A DNA stretch of 64,000 nt from Candidatus Cloacimonadales bacterium (GTDB lineage: Bacteria; Cloacimonadota; Cloacimonadia; Cloacimonadales; JAIOQZ01). Numbering within the stretch: the stretch's first letter is position 1; each line of letters starts with the position of its first letter. Positions 46,692 through 54,848 of this stretch are shown one piece after another. The stretch covers positions 352,001-416,000 of the forward strand of contig CAXXTU010000002.1 of NCBI GenBank assembly GCA_963662655.2, read 5' to 3'. The position numbers were made by a program, and so were the translations under genes. Below the pieces are notes generated by a model. The model was not told the DNA's origin and searched no databases. It saw nothing but the letters and a program-made list of their open reading frames with translations.

Positions 46692-48254
46692 TTATGCCTT
46701 AATCCGGTTCAAGAAATCTTCCCGGAAGTTCTCAATCGCGCTTTTCACGGGCATGATCAAGGATTGACCCAATGCGCAGAACGAAGTTTTGAACATTGCA
46801 TCAGCGATGATGATCATCTGATCCAGGTCTTCTTCGGTTGCTTTGCCATTACGTACTTTCTTAACAAGCCGGGTGAGCTGCTGCGTACCGAGGCGGCAGG
46901 GGCTGCAGCGTCCGCATGATTCGTGACGGAAGAACTTGATGATCGAGTAGAGCATCTCGACCATGTCGGTGTCTTCGCCCATCACGAGGATAGCGCCGGA
47001 GCCAAGGACAGCTGCGTATTCGGCAAGGCTGTTATAGTCCATTTTTACATTCAGAAGCGAATCGGGCAGAATCACGCCGGCCGCGCCACCCACGAGGGCG
47101 GCTTTGAAGCGCTTGCCGTCTTTCATTCCGCCACCGAAGTCGTTGATGATGCTACGAAGTGTGGTTCCCATGGGAACTTCGGTCAGGCCGGGAGTTGCCA
47201 CGTCGCCAAGGATCGTGTAAACCTTGGTTCCAGGTGATTTTTCCGGTCCGATCTTGGAGTACCACTCACCGCCTTTAGCGATGATGGCGGGAACGTTCGC
47301 CAGCGTCTCGACGTTGTTGACAACGGTCGGTTTTTTCCAGGCGCCTTCGACACCCGGGAACGGCGGCTTGCTGCGCGGGATACCGCGGTTACCTTCCATC
47401 GATTCGATCAGAGCGGTTTCCTCGCCGCACACGTATGCGCCAGCGCCGATCTTGATGTCGATGTCCAGACTGAAGCCGGATCCGAAGATGTTCTCTCCGA
47501 GGATGCCGTAATCCTTGGCCTGTGCGATTGCTTTGAGTGTTCGTTCAATACAGAGCTTGTATTCGCCACGGATATAGATGTAGGCCTTGCTTGCGCCGAC
47601 AGCGTATGCACAGAGCATGACGCCTTCGAGCAATTTGTGCGGGTCGCCTTCCATGATCAGACGATCTTTGAAAGTTCCCGGCTCGCCTTCATCCGCGTTG
47701 ACAACAACCAGCTTCTCCTTGGCTTCGAGAGGAGCGGTAAAACTCCACTTGAGGCCGGTGGGGAATCCGGCGCCGCCACGACCGCGAAGACCTGACTTCT
47801 TCACCTCGTCAACGATGTCCATGGGCTTCATGCCGGTGAGGGCTTTTTCCCAGGCTTCGTAACCGCCAACCGCAAGGTATTCGTCGATGTTTTCGGGATC
47901 GATGATACCGGAGTTGTTGAGCACGATACGTTTGTCGTATGCGAAGTCGTACTGTCCTGATTCGGGTGCGTTGTAGATCAGGCGTTTCAGAGGTCTTCCC
48001 TTGAGGAAGTGCTCTTCAACGATTTCAGGGATATCTTCAGCTTTGACGTTGGCGTAGGTCGTGTTGTCCGGATAGACCTGGAAGCAGACGCCTTTTCCGA
48101 AATAGCCCAGGGGGCCGGTCTCGAGAATCGATACTTCTTCTTCCAGTTCCTTACGGGCAAGCTCGCTGCGAAGCGCGTTGAGCACTTCTTTCACGCCAGC
48201 CTGTACGGCAGATTCATCCACTCCGACGAGCACGTGTGTTCTGAAATATTTCAT
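46692..48254 (-). CDS. Diaphorase subunit 2 (NuoF/HydB-like), short, non-bifurcating-type signature
   Basis: GRGGAGFPTG, ADEGEPGTFKDR, KVY, GGAAG, ESCGRCSPCR..C; no C-terminal ferredoxin domain; N-terminal domain lacks its Cys ligands. Confidence 0.9.
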   Translation of the reverse strand: MKYFRTHVLVGVDESAVQAGVKEVLNALRSELARKELEEEVSILETGPLGYFGKGVCFQVYPDNTTYANVKAEDIPEIVEEHFLKGRPLKRLIYNAPESGQYDFAYDKRIVLNNSGIIDPENIDEYLAVGGYEAWEKALTGMKPMDIVDEVKKSGLRGRGGAGFPTGLKWSFTAPLEAKEKLVVVNADEGEPGTFKDRLIMEGDPHKLLEGVMLCAYAVGASKAYIYIRGEYKLCIERTLKAIAQAKDYGILGENIFGSGFSLDIDIKIGAGAYVCGEETALIESMEGNRGIPRSKPPFPGVEGAWKKPTVVNNVETLANVPAIIAKGGEWYSKIGPEKSPGTKVYTILGDVATPGLTEVPMGTTLRSIINDFGGGMKDGKRFKAALVGGAAGVILPDSLLNVKMDYNSLAEYAAVLGSGAILVMGEDTDMVEMLYSIIKFFRHESCGRCSPCRLGTQQLTRLVKKVRNGKATEEDLDQMIIIADAMFKTSFCALGQSLIMPVKSAIENFREDFLNRIKA

Positions 48255-48709
48255 TACTCACCTCCCCGGATTCGATCAATGATCTTTGCGACTTTTTCCT
48301 CGGTAAGATCGCCGTAAACGTCCTCGTTAATCATCATAACCGGTGCGTTTCCGCAAACACCAAGGCATGCACACAGCTCAAGTGTGAAAAGCCCGTCTTT
48401 GGTGGTCTCGCCTTCTTTGACATCCAGAACCTTCTCGAGTTGCTTGAGAATCTTCTCGGATCCCTTCAGGAAGCATGGTGGAGATTCGCAAAGACGAATG
48501 ATGTTCTTACCGCGAGGCTTTGTGCTGTACATGGTGTAGAACGTCAATACGCCGTAAATGTGATTCACGGGTACGCGAAGATATTCACTGACTTTGGCCA
48601 CCGCTTCTTCACTGATATACTGCTGAGGATGCGTATCCTGAATATCGTGAAGAATATAGATCAGGTTTTCCTTGTCAGGCGAATACTTCTTGAAGATTTC
48701 TTCGTACAT
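48254..48709 (-). CDS. 2Fe-2S subunit 2 (NuoE/HydC-like)
   Basis: TFYTMYS, CESPPC...CLGVC; stop overlaps the next ATG (TAATG). Confidence 0.9.
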   Translation of the reverse strand: MYEEIFKKYSPDKENLIYILHDIQDTHPQQYISEEAVAKVSEYLRVPVNHIYGVLTFYTMYSTKPRGKNIIRLCESPPCFLKGSEKILKQLEKVLDVKEGETTKDGLFTLELCACLGVCGNAPVMMINEDVYGDLTEEKVAKIIDRIRGGE

Positions 48710-48740
48710 ATCCACTCCTTATCTATGATTTACGTGAGGT

Positions 48741-50588
48741 CTAGTCCTCTTCTTCAACCAGCGTCTTTTTGTATTCGCGGTATTCGGGGCTGATGCCGGG
48801 AAGAAGATGCACGGCGTGAACCGGGCACACTTCCTTGCAGTTACCACATTTGACGCATGGTATCTGATCAATGATATACTTGTCCTGGCGATTTCCGGAG
48901 ATGCACTGAACCGGGCAGTTCTTCGCGCAGAGTCCACAGCCGATACACTTGTCGGTATCGATGCTGAAGTGGATCAACGGCAGGCAGACTTTCGCGGGGC
49001 AGGTCTTCTCGCGGATGTGCGCTTCATACTCGTTACGGAAGTAGCGAATCGTGCTAAGAACCGGGTTCGGAGCCGTCTGACCAAGTCCACAGAGTGACGT
49101 GGTGCAGATCGACTTACCAAGGCGTTCCAGTTCTTCGATGTCGCCTTCTTCGCCTTCGCCGCTGGTGATCTTTTCCAGAAGCTTGTGCATCTGTTTCAGA
49201 CCGAGGCGGCAGGGGGCGCATTTTCCGCATGATTCATCGACGGAGAATTCCAGGAAGAATTTAGCCACGTTGACCATACAGTTGGAATCGTTCATCACGA
49301 TAACACCGCCTGATCCCATCATAGCGCCTTTTTCCTTGAGTGATTCATAGTCGATCTTCACATCGAGATGTTCGTTGGTGAGGCAACCGCCGGAAGGTCC
49401 GCCAAGCTGAACGGCTTTGAACTTACGACCATCGGAAATTCCGCCGCCAACCTCGAAGATCAGTTCGCGAAGGCTGATGCCCATCGGAACCTCGACGAGG
49501 CCGGTGTTGTTCACGTCGCCGGTGAGTGCGAACACCTTTGTACCCTTGCTGGTCGGAGTACCCATGGAAGCAAACCAGTCGGCTCCCTTGAGGAAGATGC
49601 GAGGCAGGTTCGCCATGGTTTCCACGTTGTTGACCAGGGTGGGTTGTCCCCAGAGACCGGACTGAGCCGGGTACGGGGGTTTCGGGGTTGGCTGTCCGCG
49701 TTTTCCTTCGATGGAAGCGATCAGCGCGGTCTCTTCTCCGCAGACGAATGCGCCTGCGCCGGTGCGAACTTCCGCATCGAACGAGAAGCCGCTATCGAAG
49801 ATGTTTTCTCCAAGCAGACCGAATTCTTTTGCCTGCTCGATCGCCAGCTTGATGCGGCGGATTGCCAAAGGATACTCGGCACGGATGTAGAAGAAGCCTT
49901 TCGATGCGCCAACGGCGTAAGCGGCGATCATCATGCCTTCCAATACCCTGTGCGGGTCGCCTTCGAGCAGCGAGCGGTCCATGAACGCTCCCGGGTCGCC
50001 CTCGTCGCCATTACAGATGACGTACTTGGGATCGCCTTGTGCGTTCAACACGTGCTGCCACTTGATGCCGGTGGGGAATCCACCGCCGCCACGGCCACGC
50101 AAGCCGGATTCTTTAACGAGATCGACAGCTTTCTGCGGGGTCATGCCGGTCAACACGTTTCCGAGCGCTTCATATCCGCCCAATGCTATGTATTCCTCGA
50201 CTTTTTCGGGATCGAGGTACCCGCAATTCTCAAGAGCAACCTTGATCTGCTTGCGGTAGAAGGGAATGTCTTCCTTGGTCGGCAAAACTTTCTCGTCTTC
50301 TTCAAGCATGAGCCGTTTTACGGGACGGCCCTTGATGAAATGCTCTTCGATGATCTCTTCGACGTCTTCCACCGTCACTTTGCGGTAGAAAACGCCTTCC
50401 GGATAAATCATCATGACGGGACCGTAGTCGCACGGGCCCATACATCCGGTTTCGATCAGGTTGATTTCCTGAAGCAGATTGCGTTCTTTCAGTTGATCCT
50501 TAAGCGCTTGTTTGATTTTAAGCGCACCGGCTGAAACGCAACCCGAGCCACAGCAAATCAGGACATCGATACGTTTCAGTGACATCAT
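48741..50588 (-). CDS. hydB: Diaphorase subunit 1 (HydB/HndC-like), full-length, bifurcating-type signature
   Basis: N-terminal CCGSGC...CMGPC, GDEGDPGAFMDR, KVF, GGPSGG, ESCGKCAPCR, HIREKTCPAKVC and two CxxCxxCxxxCP motifs. Confidence 0.93.
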   Translation of the reverse strand: MMSLKRIDVLICCGSGCVSAGALKIKQALKDQLKERNLLQEINLIETGCMGPCDYGPVMMIYPEGVFYRKVTVEDVEEIIEEHFIKGRPVKRLMLEEDEKVLPTKEDIPFYRKQIKVALENCGYLDPEKVEEYIALGGYEALGNVLTGMTPQKAVDLVKESGLRGRGGGGFPTGIKWQHVLNAQGDPKYVICNGDEGDPGAFMDRSLLEGDPHRVLEGMMIAAYAVGASKGFFYIRAEYPLAIRRIKLAIEQAKEFGLLGENIFDSGFSFDAEVRTGAGAFVCGEETALIASIEGKRGQPTPKPPYPAQSGLWGQPTLVNNVETMANLPRIFLKGADWFASMGTPTSKGTKVFALTGDVNNTGLVEVPMGISLRELIFEVGGGISDGRKFKAVQLGGPSGGCLTNEHLDVKIDYESLKEKGAMMGSGGVIVMNDSNCMVNVAKFFLEFSVDESCGKCAPCRLGLKQMHKLLEKITSGEGEEGDIEELERLGKSICTTSLCGLGQTAPNPVLSTIRYFRNEYEAHIREKTCPAKVCLPLIHFSIDTDKCIGCGLCAKNCPVQCISGNRQDKYIIDQIPCVKCGNCKEVCPVHAVHLLPGISPEYREYKKTLVEEED

Positions 50589-50598
50589 TCCCCCTTCG

Positions 50599-50961
50599 TT
50601 ATTCGGATGAGACTACGTATTCGGAGACGACGTTTCCGTTAACGAGATGCTCGACGACAACTTTACGTGCCTTTTCGGGGTTCATATTGCCATAAGTGAT
50701 TTTGGGCTTGCCTTCTTCGAGCACGTCAACGATTGGCTCCATCGAAGAAAGGCCCTTCTCGCCGGTCTGGGTCACAACGACGTCTTTGATCTGACGTTTC
50801 GAAACTTCCTCGAGGAAAGTTTTCATCACTTCGCGTGCGCCCATGGCAATACCGGATGTACCCATACCGACAACGACTTTCAGACGGTAATCGGCATTGC
50901 GCAGGTTCATGTCCTGCTGTGCTTTTTCCCGGATCTTTCTGAGTTCTTCCAAGGTTTTCAT
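50599..50961 (-). CDS. HydD/HndB-like thioredoxin-fold subunit with no cysteines
   Basis: MKTLEEL.KIRE, VGMGTSGIA.GA and QTGEKGLSSMEP align to the usual TCGIAAGA / TGC.G.C..EP. Confidence 0.85.
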   Translation of the reverse strand: MKTLEELRKIREKAQQDMNLRNADYRLKVVVGMGTSGIAMGAREVMKTFLEEVSKRQIKDVVVTQTGEKGLSSMEPIVDVLEEGKPKITYGNMNPEKARKVVVEHLVNGNVVSEYVVSSE

Positions 50962-51530
50962 CAGAGTTCCTCCATTTTCGTATTTGTTACGCCTTCATTA
51001 ATAATCTCGGTTAAGAAGCCGATCACGTCCGGATAGGTTATCGGAACGCCATCGAGCTCCTGTTTGATCTCTCTTGTGTCCAGTTCGAAATCCCAGGCAC
51101 CGTTGAATCCTTCCCTTCTTATATAGAACAGGAAGTCGTTCTCCGGATGCCCGATAATTGCGCCCAGCATGGTATCCGCTAGGTTACCCACCGGCATGCG
51201 ATCGATGTGGTCGAACTTGAAATGGGCTACTATCTCGGTTCCCTCGCCCGGGGCGCTGGCGACGGTAAAATCACCGCCGCAGGCTTCCGCGTTTTGCTTG
51301 AAGAGCGGAATCCCCAGCCCGATCTTTTTGATACGCTCACTCTTGGTCGTGTAAAACGGATTGAGTGCGTTCTCTACCGTCTCGCTGTCCATGCCGCAGC
51401 CATTATCTTTCACGCGGAACGATATGCGGTTCCGGGGAACGCTCGCTTTGATCTCGATTTCGACCAGCGATGCCCCAGCACGAACTGAGTTTTCGATCAT
51501 ATCAAGAAGATGGAGGGATATATCCTGCAT
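50961..51530 (-). CDS. Stand-alone HATPase (histidine-kinase-like ATPase), 189 aa
   Basis: MQDISLHLLD..ENS..AGA, DNGCGM, PFYTTK, GLGIP, HIDR.P.G; start and stop overlap both neighbours. Confidence 0.88.
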   Translation of the reverse strand: MQDISLHLLDMIENSVRAGASLVEIEIKASVPRNRISFRVKDNGCGMDSETVENALNPFYTTKSERIKKIGLGIPLFKQNAEACGGDFTVASAPGEGTEIVAHFKFDHIDRMPVGNLADTMLGAIIGHPENDFLFYIRREGFNGAWDFELDTREIKQELDGVPITYPDVIGFLTEIINEGVTNTKMEEL

Positions 51531-52015
51531 TAAGCCCTGTACTTGTCGATGATTGCTTTCAGTTTCTTGCGACTGTCGATACGGCCGTAGGTCTCTTCGC
51601 CAATCACGAAAACCGGCGCCAGGGAGCAAGCTCCAACGCAGCGAACGGCAGTGAGGGTAAAGAGGTTGTCTTCAGTGGTTTCGCCCATCTTGACTTTCAA
51701 TTCGTCTTCCAGCATCTGAACCAGGCGGTCGGCCCCCTTTACGTAGCAGGCGGTTCCCATACATACGTTAACAAGGTTTTTACCACGCGGTTTCATGGAG
51801 AAGAAGTTGTAGAAGGTCACGACACCGTAGATATGGTTGATCGGGACATCGAGACCCGTCGCAATGAATTCAATGACTTCCGGCGGTAAGTAGCCGAAAA
51901 TCTCCTGCGCTTTGTGCAAGACTTCGATGAGAGGATTGCGGATGTGCTTCTTCTCGTCGATGACGGCTTGCAGCTCTTCGTAGAGTTTGTTTTGCGGTGC
52001 AGGGTGTGCGTTCAT
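51530..52015 (-). CDS. hydC: 2Fe-2S subunit 1 (HydC/HndA-like)
   Basis: LHKAQ..FGYLP, GVVTFY, CMGTAC...RCVGAC.LAP. Confidence 0.92.
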   Translation of the reverse strand: MNAHPAPQNKLYEELQAVIDEKKHIRNPLIEVLHKAQEIFGYLPPEVIEFIATGLDVPINHIYGVVTFYNFFSMKPRGKNLVNVCMGTACYVKGADRLVQMLEDELKVKMGETTEDNLFTLTAVRCVGACSLAPVFVIGEETYGRIDSRKKLKAIIDKYRA

Positions 52016-52412
52016 GATCACTCCTGTAATTGTATTGAATGTTCTTCTTTAAATTGTTGCGGAATTTGGAGACAAGTTGCCTGTAAACGTTCGAAATGCA
52101 TACCGATTTCTGTCATTGCAACTCCTTCCATTTCGAGACTCATTTGTTTGGATAGCATGACGCTGTCAATTGAAAACTTTATACTTATGCCAATTTCTTG
52201 CGATAAAGTATAATGAGACTCAATCTCAATTAGCCGGGGCGTCGAGTAGGCGGTTGAATGTCAAGGAGATAGGGGAGGCTCATCGAAAACAAACGGCAAA
52301 ATTAATATTGCGGTAAGAGCTTGAGAAATTGTGCATTAAAACATTCTATTCATTGATGAATGTGGGCCGATCCGAGGAGCGATGGAGCGTACAGCAGAGC
52401 TGAGTCGGAGGC

Positions 52413-54095
52413 TCATTTAATCAACGTCACCTTCAGCGTGCTCAAATGCTTGTCTCCGGCGCTGAGCTGGCAAATGTAAATACCGCTGGGAAATCCTTCT
52501 GCGTTCCAGGTTACCGAGTAATACTCTCTTCCTCTGCTTTCTCCCTGTAAAAACGAGTCACTGTTTGCAGTGGGATCATTGCCATCCAAGTGTGTGAATT
52601 CGCTAGTTGGAATGGAATCGATTTTCTGCCCCTTAATGTTGTATACTGCCATATTAAGGTCTATCAGAATTTTGCTTCCCATGATATGAAAAGATACATT
52701 TGGATTGAACGGATTGGGGTAGGCTTTGACAGTGACAATGACAGGCGGAACGTGCACCGGATCAACAATACTGCTATCCTGCTCCACCAAATCCTCATGA
52801 CCGCCATAAACGAAAACATTGCCGTAATTGTTCGGGCCGGGAGGATACCCATACTCATCGCCGAATGCACCGATCGCGATATCATCGTAACCGTCGTTAT
52901 CGAAGTCGCCTACGGCACATCCCGAGCCGTAACCTTCTTCGTACGTTGAACTGCTGAAATCCTTTGTGCCATTCTGATCTCCGAGATAAACATAGATATA
53001 ACCACAAATCCCAGACATAAATACAAATGAATCCACCAGATCGCCTTTCCCGTCTCCATTCAAATCGCCATAGGCCGGAACAAAGATGGAATAGTACTCA
53101 ATATGACCAAACCAATCCCAGTGAAGGGTTGCTCCACCTCGCCATAAGCGGCAACCGGGAGAAGTGCTTCCATCCTCTGGAACATCATAGCCTGAAAGGA
53201 CAAAATCATCGTATCCATCACCATTCCAATCTCCGGCGGGATACAGTTCATACCATGAATTGGCGGGAGACAAATAATCCATACAGTAAGCGGGAATTGT
53301 ATCTTGGACCGTGCTTCCATAGAAGAAGCGATTGTGAAAACTGCAAAGTAGGGGACTACCCGGCTGCTCAATGTGATCATTCTGGAAATAATAGCTAAAA
53401 TCATCAAACCCATCACCGTTTACATCGCCCAGGCCACGGAAGCCTTTACCGTTACGGGTATAAATCCCATCCACGAAGGTCACTTTTTCGAAGCTGCCTC
53501 CGTACACGATGGAGTAGGTAAGGATATTGTTACGGCACTCGGTTATGCCTGCGTCCGAGTAACCGTCACCGTTGATGTCGCCGAGAGGGGATAAGTCCGT
53601 ATATGCCCCGCCCTCGTAACTTACTGTTTCATCTGTGTTTATTGTCTCTCCGCCAAAAAGTATATAGGGATTCACGAAAAAATGGTAACCGGACTGGTCA
53701 TGCCATCTGCCACCGTGTTTATATCCAATATCCTCACAACCATCATTATTCATGTCACCAAGATTTACAATAGCAAACCATGACGTATAATACTCAAATG
53801 TTGTGTCAACCTCTGCGGCAACAGATAGGCTAACGCTGTCTGGCAAACCTTCATCCGAACCAAAATAGATATACAATTTGCCATTATAATCAGGAAAATC
53901 CTGATTCGGAATGTACCTACTAGCTGAAACAGCCAAATCGTCAATCCCATCGCCGTTAAAATCCAGAGCCGTAACATAGTATCCGAAATAGTCGCCGGAT
54001 TGCTCCCCCTGCATCTGCCACACCACATCGAGGTGGTTAACAGTGGATAGCTGGAGACATATTGTAAGTATCAAGGCTAAAAAAATGCACCGCAT
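52413..54095 (-). CDS. Secreted FG-GAP repeat protein with C-terminal sorting domain
   Basis: Signal peptide; about seven D.NGDG.DD repeats; YPNPFNP...YNIKGQ...WNA..SGIY tail. Confidence 0.88.
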   Translation of the reverse strand: MRCIFLALILTICLQLSTVNHLDVVWQMQGEQSGDYFGYYVTALDFNGDGIDDLAVSASRYIPNQDFPDYNGKLYIYFGSDEGLPDSVSLSVAAEVDTTFEYYTSWFAIVNLGDMNNDGCEDIGYKHGGRWHDQSGYHFFVNPYILFGGETINTDETVSYEGGAYTDLSPLGDINGDGYSDAGITECRNNILTYSIVYGGSFEKVTFVDGIYTRNGKGFRGLGDVNGDGFDDFSYYFQNDHIEQPGSPLLCSFHNRFFYGSTVQDTIPAYCMDYLSPANSWYELYPAGDWNGDGYDDFVLSGYDVPEDGSTSPGCRLWRGGATLHWDWFGHIEYYSIFVPAYGDLNGDGKGDLVDSFVFMSGICGYIYVYLGDQNGTKDFSSSTYEEGYGSGCAVGDFDNDGYDDIAIGAFGDEYGYPPGPNNYGNVFVYGGHEDLVEQDSSIVDPVHVPPVIVTVKAYPNPFNPNVSFHIMGSKILIDLNMAVYNIKGQKIDSIPTSEFTHLDGNDPTANSDSFLQGESRGREYYSVTWNAEGFPSGIYICQLSAGDKHLSTLKVTLIK

Positions 54096-54119
54096 AACAC
54101 ACTCCTGTTTTGAAGAGAA

Positions 54120-54848
54120 TCAATGCGAGATAAATCCTAAAGCGACGGCAAGGAATCCGGCAGCGTTGTAGAAGCCGTGGATGATCAGTCCCGGGGTGGT
54201 GCTTTTTCGTTTCCATGCGACGTAAGGCACTACGAAAATTACCGGAAGCATGACAATCATCAGATCCGTGCCGAAAGCTGCGTGGAATCCCAGCCAGAAT
54301 AAGGCGTTCCAAATCCAGGCGCGCTCGCTTTCTTGCTTCTCCATGCGGGGCAGAAGCAGACCGCGCCACATGAACTCTTCCCCAAAAATGATCAGCAGGA
54401 AAGACGGCAGCCAAAGCAGGAGCATCCAGCGCTGGTCGGGCGTAAAGCCGTTGAAGCGGAGGAAGGGAGCTTGCATGTCAAGGATCGTCGCGCGGTACAT
54501 TTTTGCGGCGAGAATGTGATTGAGACCCATGATGATTCCGCTTGCGATCCCGATGAAAACAAGAGCTCCAGCGATCCAAAGCCAGTCTGTACGCGTGAGA
54601 GGTTTGAGGCGGAGTCGTTCCCCAATGCCGGAGGTGGATTCACGTTTCGCCGCGATCAAGGCGTGCAGGAGCATGGGCAGGAAAACGAACGCCGATCCGC
54701 AGAAGAACCACGCGAGGATGTTCATCCAGCCGAGCGTTTCGAGGAAGGGGATGCCGTAGAATGTGGCGAGAAAAAAGAGAACTCCGTAAATCGCGAAATG
54801 AAGCAGCGCGACTCGCTGCCTTATCGGCTTGATTGCACTCATCCTCAT
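54120..54848 (-). CDS. CPBP (CAAX/Abi) intramembrane metalloprotease
   Basis: EEFMWRG, FWLGFH, HGFYN; ATG overlaps the upstream stop. Confidence 0.88.
   Translation of the reverse strand: MRMSAIKPIRQRVALLHFAIYGVLFFLATFYGIPFLETLGWMNILAWFFCGSAFVFLPMLLHALIAAKRESTSGIGERLRLKPLTRTDWLWIAGALVFIGIASGIIMGLNHILAAKMYRATILDMQAPFLRFNGFTPDQRWMLLLWLPSFLLIIFGEEFMWRGLLLPRMEKQESERAWIWNALFWLGFHAAFGTDLMIVMLPVIFVVPYVAWKRKSTTPGLIIHGFYNAAGFLAVALGFISH

Noticed and set aside
49368..50534. Long antisense ORFs (this one, 33349-34353, 61379-62323 and others)
   Set aside because: Shadows of well-supported genes on the opposite strand, with no motifs.
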